DNA of 58,215 bases. Origin: an uncultured Candidatus Saccharibacteria bacterium. GTDB lineage: Bacteria > Patescibacteriota > Saccharimonadia > Saccharimonadales > UBA4665. Position 1 is the first letter of the stretch; the number at the start of each line of letters is the position of its first letter. Location of the stretch: assembly GCA_964477925.1 (NCBI GenBank), contig CAYZFT010000001.1, positions 1 through 58,215 on the forward strand, written 5' to 3'. The position numbers were made by a program, and so were the translations under genes. Below, one piece after another: positions 50,619 through 58,215 of this stretch. The notes under the pieces are model-generated. The model worked only from the letters and a program-made list of their open reading frames with translations, made no database searches and was not told the origin of the DNA.

Positions 50619-53305
50619 AAATAAGCCTTAATACCATCAAACAATTTACCGATATTGACGTACCGGTCGATGAGTTGGTCAAAAAAATCAACGAGCAGCT
50701 CGGTGGGGTAGAGGAGGTCGTTGACCTTGGCACAAAGTACAAAGACGTTGTTATCGTCAGAGTTGTCGAGTGCGATAAGCACCCCAATGCCGACAAACTC
50801 AGCGTCTGTCTGGTTGACGACGGCGGTGTGGTGGCCGATGTGCCGCGCGACGCGAACGGTCTAGTGCAAGTTGTCTGTGGCGCCCCAAATGTGCGCGCCG
50901 GCATGGTTGCCGCATGGTTGCCGCCAGGCAGTACGGTGCCAGCAAGTTTTGACGACAAAGAGCCGTTTGTGCTGAGTGGCCGCGAACTGCGTGGTATCGT
51001 CAGTCAGGGTATGCTTGCCGCACCCGATGAGTTGGCAATTGGCACCGACCACAACGGGATACTTGAAATCACCGAAGCCGACCTATCACCACTATCGTCA
51101 TCCTCGCGATTCGCTGTACAGCGAAGGGGATCTAGTAATCAAGGTGTCGCCGACGGCGACGTAGACAACTGGATTCCCAATCGAGTTGGGAATGACGGGG
51201 CGGTAGCTGGGGATGATGAGACCGCAGCTGGGGGTGACGAGACTTCAGGCGGCGGCTTGGTCCCAGGCGCAAGCTTTGCGAAGCTGTTTGGGCTTGACGA
51301 TACCATTATCGACATCGAAAACAAGATGTTTACGCACCGGCCAGACTGCTTTGGGCAGCTTGGCGTAGCACGGGAGATATCGGCGATTTTGAAGGGGTTA
51401 CCTGCCGATTCTACTGACGTTGATACGCGGTTTGTAAACCCCGATTGGTACTGGCAAAAACCGTCTTTTGCAACAGGCGAAGGTCTTGGGTTGACGGTTT
51501 TCAATGACGTTCCAGACAAATCACCGCGCTTTATGGCGGTGGCGATGAAAAATGTTGAGGTCAAACCAAGCCCGCTGTGGCTACAGATTGAGCTCGTTCG
51601 TCTCGGGAGCAAATCAATCAACAATGTTGTTGATATAACGAACTATATGATGCTGCTTACAGCACAACCGTCACATGCGTACGATTATGACAAGCTGCGC
51701 GGTGCAACACTCGGTGTTCGCATGGCGACAAAAGGCGAAAAGGCAACATTCCTCAACGGCAAGTCGTACGAGCTTGCAGAAGATGATGTTGTTATCGCCG
51801 ATAGCGAAGGGGTCATTGGTTTGGCCGGCATCATTGGTGGAGGCAACAGTGAGGTGTCGCTCGATACCAAAAACATCGTTCTCGAAGTGGCCAATTTTGA
51901 TATGTACACGCTACGCAAAAGTAGCATGCGACACGGCATATTCACCGACGCGCTGACGCGTTTTAGCAAAGGTCAGTCGCAGCTTCAAAATGACCGCGTT
52001 CTTGCTCGTATCATGGAAATGATGGGTGAGTATGCCGGGGCAAACCAAGCGAGCAACGTGCTTGATGAGCCAGATAGCTTCGGCCAGCTCGAAGAAGTGT
52101 CAGTGCATGGTGAGATTACAATCAGTGCCATTTTTATTAATTCGCGGCTCGGTTTGGGCCTTGAGTTATGGCAGATTGGTGGGTTACTTCGGCGGGCCAA
52201 TTTTGCATCATACCCCGCGGAGAACGATAAAAATACTCTCATAATCACTGCGCCGTTTTGGCGAACGGATATTGAGCTCCCCGAAGACATCGTCGAGGAA
52301 GTCGGCCGGCTGTATGGTTTTGACAAATTACCACGTGAGCTACCGCTGCGTAGCATTAAGCCAGCGCCCAAAAACGCACGTATCGAGATGAAACGTCGCG
52401 TACGCCATGCACTCGCACGTGCTGGCGCTAATGAAGTGCTCACCTACAGCTTTGTGCACGAGAATGTGCTCAAGAAGGCCGAGCAAGACCCGGCGCAGGC
52501 ATTCAAACTTGGCAATGCGCTTAGCCCCGACCTGCAGTACTACCGCCTCAGTGTACTCCCAAGCCTGCTCGACAAAGTCCATGGCAATATTAAGGCTGGC
52601 CATGACGAGTTCGTGCTGTTTGAGTTTGGCAAAGCACATCGTAAGGGTGACAATGACGACGAAGGCCTGCCACGCGAGTACGAGCGGCTTGCCGCCGTCT
52701 ACGCCGCCAAGAAATCAGACAAAACACCCTATTTTATGGCTCGCCGTTACGTCGAATCGGTCGCCCCAGATGTTGAGTTTGTGCCACTTGCAGGCTTCGA
52801 CATAAGCCAATATGCCATTTTCGAGCAGCTTGCCAAGCCGTTCGACCCACAGCGCTCAGCCGTGCTCATGAACGGCGAAAAATTCGTTGGTGTTGTTGGC
52901 GAGTTCCGCCTAAACGTGCGAAATGCGTTTAAACTGCCCGAGAGCTCAGCCGGTTTTGAACTGTTCCGGTCATATTTACTCGGCTTACAGCCAAAACCAT
53001 ATACGCCGCTCAGCCGTTTTCCGAGCGTGACACAAGACATCAGCTTGCGTGTTGTCACTACCGTGACTCAGGCGCAGTTATTTGCGATTGCACGTGACGC
53101 TTTCACAAGCATTCAACCCGCCCAAACAACTGCCAAACTTCATACCATTGGCATATACCAACCCGACAGCAACGAAGCAAAAACCGTGACGTTGCGCTTG
53201 CGAATTGCGAGCTACGAGCGCACGCTCACCGATGCCGAAGTAAGTGCCTACCTCGACCACATTGCCGAAGCAACCGCCCACAGCCTTCAAGCCGTCCGCG
53301 TGTAA
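50615..53305 (+). CDS. pheT: phenylalanine--tRNA ligase beta subunit, with an inserted low-complexity segment
   Basis: N-terminal tRNA-binding domain (HPNADKLSVC, VCGAPNV), the B3/4 and B5 regions, and a C-terminal FDX-ACB-like domain (FPSVTQDISLRV). 896 aa. Confidence 0.93.
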   Translation: MKISLNTIKQFTDIDVPVDELVKKINEQLGGVEEVVDLGTKYKDVVIVRVVECDKHPNADKLSVCLVDDGGVVADVPRDANGLVQVVCGAPNVRAGMVAAWLPPGSTVPASFDDKEPFVLSGRELRGIVSQGMLAAPDELAIGTDHNGILEITEADLSPLSSSSRFAVQRRGSSNQGVADGDVDNWIPNRVGNDGAVAGDDETAAGGDETSGGGLVPGASFAKLFGLDDTIIDIENKMFTHRPDCFGQLGVAREISAILKGLPADSTDVDTRFVNPDWYWQKPSFATGEGLGLTVFNDVPDKSPRFMAVAMKNVEVKPSPLWLQIELVRLGSKSINNVVDITNYMMLLTAQPSHAYDYDKLRGATLGVRMATKGEKATFLNGKSYELAEDDVVIADSEGVIGLAGIIGGGNSEVSLDTKNIVLEVANFDMYTLRKSSMRHGIFTDALTRFSKGQSQLQNDRVLARIMEMMGEYAGANQASNVLDEPDSFGQLEEVSVHGEITISAIFINSRLGLGLELWQIGGLLRRANFASYPAENDKNTLIITAPFWRTDIELPEDIVEEVGRLYGFDKLPRELPLRSIKPAPKNARIEMKRRVRHALARAGANEVLTYSFVHENVLKKAEQDPAQAFKLGNALSPDLQYYRLSVLPSLLDKVHGNIKAGHDEFVLFEFGKAHRKGDNDDEGLPREYERLAAVYAAKKSDKTPYFMARRYVESVAPDVEFVPLAGFDISQYAIFEQLAKPFDPQRSAVLMNGEKFVGVVGEFRLNVRNAFKLPESSAGFELFRSYLLGLQPKPYTPLSRFPSVTQDISLRVVTTVTQAQLFAIARDAFTSIQPAQTTAKLHTIGIYQPDSNEAKTVTLRLRIASYERTLTDAEVSAYLDHIAEATAHSLQAVRV
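51100..51250 (+). repeat. in-frame palindromic repeat element inside pheT
   Basis: ttcgctgtacagcgaa (16-nt palindrome, 51110-51125). gtcgcc-gac-ggcgac at 51146-51160. attcccaa-tcgag-ttgggaat at 51173-51193. Tandem 21-mers at 51204-51245. Confidence 0.75.
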
Positions 53306-53382
53306 GTGCCAGACGGTGCCATAAATATGTCACTACTCGGCATAGTTTGCCAAGTAAGCTAGTGGTACGATAAGCAGCACCT

Positions 53383-54111
53383 ATGGAGCGCTGCTTACGA
53401 TACCCTACACAACTTGTCGACGAGCCACTGAGGCTTGACCGGTTTCCGCTTGGTGCGGCGGGCGATAGGGCTGTTTTGGCGCTGCGCGAAGGTGGTCTTG
53501 TTGCGGTTGCTGGTCTGAGCACTACGATGCTCCCCGATATCCAGGCAATCGCCACCGAAAATGACGTGCAAGAATTTTGTCCGAACGATAGTGGGCGTTT
53601 TGCCTACTCGAATGTAGGGCAATGGGTCGCCAAAGGGGGCGGCAGGGGCTTTGTGGGCATAGGCCAACTTGAGGCTTCTGGGCGACTGCGTGTCGTCGGC
53701 TACGGCTGGTCGGCTTTCAAAGAAAATAAAGCAATAATTGGCGCCGACATTACGACAGCATACCGCGTGGGCAGTGCAGGTAATCAGCTTGCCCGAGAAA
53801 TCGGCCCCGATTTTCGTATGGGGTTACTGCTGGGCGAACTGGTCATTGCCTCGGCAGTGCATTTGTACGGCGCCAATCTGCGTCAAATCTCGCTCGAGAC
53901 ATGGGCGAGCAATACGCGAGCACGTAAACTGTATGACAAGATTGGGTTTGTGCAACCGCTCGGCGTCAAACCTAAACCCGACTATCGACCAACACTTGCA
54001 CCGATTGGCACGGTTATCAATGGCAAAGTCGTCCGTCTCGATACTGACCCAAAGCACCAAGGTCGACATATTGTCGATGACGAGCGGTGTTACTACCGTT
54101 TAGCCTGCTAA
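53383..54111 (+). CDS. GNAT-family N-acetyltransferase-like protein
   Basis: ISLETWASNTRARKLYDKIGFV resembles the GNAT motif A/B region. The start is uncertain. Confidence 0.55.
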   Translation: MERCLRYPTQLVDEPLRLDRFPLGAAGDRAVLALREGGLVAVAGLSTTMLPDIQAIATENDVQEFCPNDSGRFAYSNVGQWVAKGGGRGFVGIGQLEASGRLRVVGYGWSAFKENKAIIGADITTAYRVGSAGNQLAREIGPDFRMGLLLGELVIASAVHLYGANLRQISLETWASNTRARKLYDKIGFVQPLGVKPKPDYRPTLAPIGTVINGKVVRLDTDPKHQGRHIVDDERCYYRLAC

Positions 54112-54224
54112 CCGGGCTTGCGGTAGGGGCTATCTCTCAATACTGTCGGCTAGCTTACACTTTTGCGCAGCGAAGCGTGCTATCATCAGTTTATCAGTGC
54201 GGGAGCACAAACAAAGGAGGTGGT

Positions 54225-54662
54225 ATGGCTGGACCAGCAAGAAAACTGTATAGATTACCGAAAGAAGGTGTCGTAACAGGGGTAGCGGCGGGTTTCGCGC
54301 AGTACTTTGGCATGGATGTGACGCTCATGCGACTGATATTTGTTGCCATCATCATTGCCAGTGGTGGCGCGGCGCTTATTGCATACATCGTGCTAGCCAT
54401 TGTCATGCCGACAGCAGATATTGGCGACGTCAAACAGCCCGATGTCAGTCAAAAGTTCGAGAACCTTGTCGAAGAAGTCGCCGAAAGCGGTCGTGCGGGG
54501 CGCATTGGCAACCTGTTTGGTATCGGCCTTGTCGCACTTGGTGCCTGGCTGCTCATTGGTCAGTTTTTCCCTGGGTGGTTCAACTGGCAGTGGGATTTCA
54601 TCTGGCCGGGGCTTATCATTGCGCTCGGCGTCTGGATTTTGCTGCGGAGTAAAAAATCATGA
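54225..54662 (+). CDS. PspC-domain membrane protein
   Basis: KLYRLPKEGVVTGVAAGFAQYFGMDVTLMRLIFV. SD aaaggagg lies 5 nt upstream of ATG 54225. Confidence 0.88.
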   Translation: MAGPARKLYRLPKEGVVTGVAAGFAQYFGMDVTLMRLIFVAIIIASGGAALIAYIVLAIVMPTADIGDVKQPDVSQKFENLVEEVAESGRAGRIGNLFGIGLVALGAWLLIGQFFPGWFNWQWDFIWPGLIIALGVWILLRSKKS

Positions 54663-55663
54663 GTGCCCCCAAGAAACCACCTCAGACCGACCCAATTGAG
54701 GGTGAGGTCGTTGACGCGGCACCGCAAACTTCATCGTCAGAGCCACCGCGCACGCAGCCAAAAAGGTGGCGACTCGGTGGCGTGTTTTGGGGGCTACTCT
54801 TTATGCTCATTGGTGGGCTACTCTTGCTCGATAACTTCAATGTCGTGAGTGTTAATTTCGCCAACCTGTGGCAGCTGTGGCCGGTGATTATCATCTTTGC
54901 GGGGGCTTCGATGCTGTCACTGCGTGGCTGGGTCAGCGGACTTCTGGCGTTTGCGCTAGGGGCTGGGCTGCTTGCGCTGGTCGCTGCAACAGCCATCGAA
55001 AACCCCTGGTACAGCGTGACGCCGCAGGTCAGGGTGCAGACGCAGCAGGTTGCCGAAGGCAGCGAAACTGCCAACGTAAAGAAGCTTGATGTTGGGGTCA
55101 AAGCTGGCGCGGCCGAGATTAACCTGTCTTCGAGTGCTAACCGCCGCGGTGTCTTGGCACGGCTCGAGAGTTCGCATATGACGCTTGAGCAATCATCGCG
55201 CACTGATGGTACTACGCAATACGTTACTTTCTCGACCGAGTCGGCCAACCAGCTCTGGCTGGGCAACGTCAAAAACAAGCTGAGCCTCGACTATACTCGT
55301 TCGGTGTCGCTGGCACTCCATTTCGACATCGGTGCTGCGAGCCTCAAGGGTGACGTATCGGCCGCAAAACTTCGCAATCTTGACGTTGAAGCGGGAGCGA
55401 GTAGTATTGACCTCAAGCTTGGTACGGTACTGCCCGAGCAAGACATTACGCTTAAGACAGGCGCAAGCTCAGTTACGCTGAGTTTACCAAAAGATGCCGG
55501 CGTACGGGTCTTCACAGATGATGGTTTGAGTAGCACTGAGTTTGCGGGCGTCGACAAACTCACCGATGGTCTGTACCAGTCACCGAGTTTCGACACAGCT
55601 ACCGCCAAAGTCACGATTCGCGCCAATCTCGGCGCCTCAAGCTTCACTATCAAACGCTACTAA
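54659..55663 (+). CDS. LiaF-like / DUF4097-type cell-envelope stress protein
   Basis: N-terminal LiaI-LiaF-like TM region (LLFMLIGGLLLLDNF, WPVIIIFAGA). The C-terminal beta-rich repeats contain GAAEINL, GAASLKG, GASSIDL and GASSVTL. Confidence 0.7.
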   Translation: MSAPKKPPQTDPIEGEVVDAAPQTSSSEPPRTQPKRWRLGGVFWGLLFMLIGGLLLLDNFNVVSVNFANLWQLWPVIIIFAGASMLSLRGWVSGLLAFALGAGLLALVAATAIENPWYSVTPQVRVQTQQVAEGSETANVKKLDVGVKAGAAEINLSSSANRRGVLARLESSHMTLEQSSRTDGTTQYVTFSTESANQLWLGNVKNKLSLDYTRSVSLALHFDIGAASLKGDVSAAKLRNLDVEAGASSIDLKLGTVLPEQDITLKTGASSVTLSLPKDAGVRVFTDDGLSSTEFAGVDKLTDGLYQSPSFDTATAKVTIRANLGASSFTIKRY

Positions 55664-55705
55664 GCCGCCAGCGGTAACAATGTATGTAAGTAAGGAGGTA
55701 ATACC

Positions 55706-55825
55706 ATGGATTCACTCTACGCACTACTTGGTTGGGGCTCGCCTATTGGCACGGGCCTGTTTCTCGTGTTTCTTGGGCTTTTTATTTTCTTGCTCTCCCG
55801 CTCTGATAATCGCTCGAAAAAATAA
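55706..55825 (+). CDS. hypothetical 39-aa membrane peptide
   Basis: Missing from the ORF track because it is under 60 aa. It translates as MDSLYALLGWGSPIGTGLFLVFLGLFIFLLSRSDNRSKK. Strong SD aaggagg lies 7 nt upstream. Confidence 0.6.
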   Translation: MDSLYALLGWGSPIGTGLFLVFLGLFIFLLSRSDNRSKK

Positions 55826-55843
55826 CGTAGCTAGGAGGTAATT

Positions 55844-56227
55844 ATGGGACGCGTCGTACATTTTGAGATAGCAGCAGAGGACGTCGTACGGGCTCAAAAG
55901 TTCTACACAATCTTTGGCTGGAAAATGTCAGATGCCAGTATGCCAGGTATGGGGTATTGGCTAGCAGGCACAGGGGAAGACGGCCCGGGGATAGATGGGG
56001 CAATCGTCGAACGCTCGGCCATGTCGCAGCCAGTTAGAAATACTATAGCGGTCGACGACATCGACACCATGATAGCCCAGGTTAGTGCAGCAGGTGGCAA
56101 AATAATCGGCGAGAAAATAATCATCCCAGATGTGGGCGAGTACATCAATGCAATCGATACCGAAGGTAACCAGTTTGGCATGTTGCAGCCAGTACCGCCA
56201 TCCGCCAGTTCTCGACCAGCGGCATAG
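55844..56227 (+). CDS. VOC/glyoxalase-family protein
   Basis: VVHFEIAAEDVVRAQKFYTIFGW and GNQFGMLQ. SD aggagg upstream. Confidence 0.85.
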   Translation: MGRVVHFEIAAEDVVRAQKFYTIFGWKMSDASMPGMGYWLAGTGEDGPGIDGAIVERSAMSQPVRNTIAVDDIDTMIAQVSAAGGKIIGEKIIIPDVGEYINAIDTEGNQFGMLQPVPPSASSRPAA

Positions 56228-56285
56228 GTGCGCCCCGTCGACTCAATAGCAGTAAGCGCACAATAACGCGAAGGATGTTAGCAGC

Positions 56286-56900
56286 ATGAACAAGACAGAT
56301 TACAAAAAAGCGTTTGGCGGCTTGTACAGCGGTAAAGTTGGGCAATTCGCCGTAGTAGATGTGCCGCCGATGAACTTTTTGATGATAGACGGCCACGGCG
56401 ACCCAAACACCTCGCAGGAATACATTGATGCCATTCAGGCATTGTACCCAGTCGCCTACACACTCAAATTTATGTGCAAAAAAGAGCTTGACGAGGATTT
56501 TACGGTTATGCCGCTTGAGGGCTTGTGGTGGAGCGAAGATATGCGCGATTTTGCGATGCAAAACAAGGATGATTGGCAGTGGACGGCCATGATTATGCAG
56601 CCCGCCATTGTCACAAAAGCTATGTTCGAGCGTGCCGTCCAGCAAGTCGCCGACAAAAAAGCGCCTACGTCACTTAGCAAGGTCAGGTTCGAGGCGTACG
56701 ACGAGGGCAGGGCAGCACAGGTGATGTACCTCGGGGCGTATGCCGATGAGGGGCCGACCATCCAGCAGTTGCATGCGTTCATCGCAGAACAGGGCGGCGC
56801 ACTTTCTGCCACCAACAAGCACCACCACGAGATTTACCTCAGTGACCCACGCCGCTTGGCGCCCGCCAAGCTCAAAACCATCATCCGCCAACCATACTAA
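56286..56900 (+). CDS. GyrI-like small-molecule-binding domain protein
   Basis: DYKKAFGGLY...VDVPPMNFLMIDGHGDPNTS...EGLWW and HHEIYLSDPRR are typical of the GyrI-like family. Confidence 0.8.
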   Translation: MNKTDYKKAFGGLYSGKVGQFAVVDVPPMNFLMIDGHGDPNTSQEYIDAIQALYPVAYTLKFMCKKELDEDFTVMPLEGLWWSEDMRDFAMQNKDDWQWTAMIMQPAIVTKAMFERAVQQVADKKAPTSLSKVRFEAYDEGRAAQVMYLGAYADEGPTIQQLHAFIAEQGGALSATNKHHHEIYLSDPRRLAPAKLKTIIRQPY

Positions 56901-57109
56901 TACCCCACCCCACACCTACCCATACGAATATGACACATGATAGTAGCAATGTCTTGCTAGGACGGCTCCAGAGTGCCGCAATACCTTTGGACAGCATCAC
57001 AGACACTCGGTTGCTGCTGTGCTCTATGTCGTAATCTGTAATCCAAATTATTCATTCCTGAGAGCAAAGGTGCTATGATGCCGATGGTAATGTAAAGGAG
57101 TAATGGTAT

Positions 57110-57358
57110 ATGTTTGCATCAACAATATTAGGCTACACGATAAGCGCATCGGCACTCATGTTTTTACTGATACTCGGTGCTGCACTATGGGTATTTTTGG
57201 CATTTTGGCCAGCATCGATTGCTAGCAAAAAAGGTCATAGTTTTTGGCTGTTTTTTATCATCAGCCTGTTCTTTTGGTGGATTACACTTTTTGTAGCGCT
57301 ATTTATGAAGGACCAATCAGCATCGGCCGGGCAAACGACCGCTACTCCCACCGAATAA
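57110..57358 (+). CDS. small membrane protein (superinfection-immunity-like)
   Basis: 82 aa with 2 TM helices. FWPASIASKKGHSFWLFFIISLFFWWITLFVALF resembles the Imm_superinfect pattern. SD aaaggag upstream. Confidence 0.5.
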   Translation: MFASTILGYTISASALMFLLILGAALWVFLAFWPASIASKKGHSFWLFFIISLFFWWITLFVALFMKDQSASAGQTTATPTE

Positions 57359-57386
57359 GAGTTATTTTGCAAGAGATTTTTGAGTG

Positions 57387-58215
57387 CTAAAACAGTACTT
57401 TTGCTTTTGATTCGGCTATGAGCATACCGGCTACACCAACGATGAGAGCGATTTTAAAACTGATGTCTGGCTCTATGAGCCATGCCATGCCAATAGAGGT
57501 CGAGATAACAAAAAGCATTGGGAAAATGAGCCCACCTCGGTAACCCATGGTTTTTGACCAAGCGGTGGCGGTAAGTTTAATGAGGGCAAGAAGTGCGAGC
57601 CCGACAAAACCGAGTTCTGGCGCTTGCTCGAGCATGGGCTTGATAGTTGTATTGCCGGTTGACTGCACAAGCGGCCCGCCAATGAGATACAAGGCAATCA
57701 GCCCGGCGGCTGCTAGCAGTGCTTGTTGCCACCAGACCAAGCTGTGCTGGCGCTTGTGCAAGGGTGCGATGGCTTTAGTGGCGTACGCTACAAGCCACGT
57801 TGCGGCATAGCCGGTTGCAAAGACGCCCGCGAGAAGTGCGAGATGAGCTACGTCAATATGGTAGCTGCTTGCCGGTGTCTGCAAAAACTCTGTTGGAGGC
57901 TCGATGAACTTGAGTGCGCCTATCGAGCCGGCACTTGCCGCGATAGTAATGAGCCACAGGCGCGGGCTGAGCGGTATTTTGGTGATTTTGCCAACGAGTA
58001 GTGTCGTGAGTACTCCGACAAAAAACGAGTCAAAAAACGCGGCGAATAGCGCGACGACAGCTGCCGCGGCCGCAGCAGCGAAGGCAAGCTTATCTTTTGG
58101 CCCAAACACCTTGTGTGCGACCATGCCGCCGATTACAAGACAAGCGGGCAAAAGTACGGCTTCAGGGCCAAGTGACGCGCCGGTCAGCAGGGCAAAGAAG
58201 CCAACCAGTAAGATG
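57387..58215 (-). CDS. ClC-family chloride channel, N-terminus beyond the window
   Basis: YRGGLIFPMLFV fits the GxFxP motif. The reading frame stays open to the window edge and encodes GASLGPEAVLLP, which fits the GxxxGPE selectivity motif. Confidence 0.7.
   Translation of the reverse strand, partial: ILLVGFFALLTGASLGPEAVLLPACLVIGGMVAHKVFGPKDKLAFAAAAAAAVVALFAAFFDSFFVGVLTTLLVGKITKIPLSPRLWLITIAASAGSIGALKFIEPPTEFLQTPASSYHIDVAHLALLAGVFATGYAATWLVAYATKAIAPLHKRQHSLVWWQQALLAAAGLIALYLIGGPLVQSTGNTTIKPMLEQAPELGFVGLALLALIKLTATAWSKTMGYRGGLIFPMLFVISTSIGMAWLIEPDISFKIALIVGVAGMLIAESKAKVLF

Overview
58.2-kb gene-dense segment, mid GC by eye, mostly plus-strand. Gene content and style suggest a reduced-genome CPR/Saccharibacteria-like bacterium; this is inference from content, not from a search. 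The core is housekeeping: pyk-pgk-tpiA, UvrD/PcrA helicase, rsmA, two Mur-ligase paralogs plus ddl, leuS, rpmF, nusB, rnc, rpsP, trmD, tgt and a YhhQ-type transporter, a Zur-ZIP pair, rmuC, uppP, hpt, pheS and pheT, and a PspC/LiaF-like envelope module. RNA genes are one tmRNA (14645-15049, +) and one tRNA-Ala(GGC) (16093-16169, -). I saw no rRNA, CRISPR array, transposase, integrase or reverse transcriptase. No classical multi-gene defence or mobile system is visible, and no single undescribed system stands out. The unusual signals are small insertions into essential genes and odd RNA loci:
- A 358-aa intein in UvrD motif III whose central domain has no recognisable LAGLIDADG or HNH motif.
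- A ~159-aa Nudix-like domain inside LeuRS, bounded by an in-frame 8-bp direct repeat.
- A hairpin-rich palindromic element inserted in-frame in both leuS and pheT, with compensatory stem changes between the two copies.
- gagtctc-type short repeats inside trmD and leuS.
- A PaaX-like gene flanked by ~35-bp inverted repeats, sitting where rimM is expected.
- A tRNA-Ala flanked by fragments of itself.
- A tmRNA with a non-canonical T-loop and a long predicted tag.
- A recurrent leaderless promoter layout, with a -10 box 6-9 nt before the start codon at about 19 genes.
All homology calls come from motif recognition by eye; no database searches were run.
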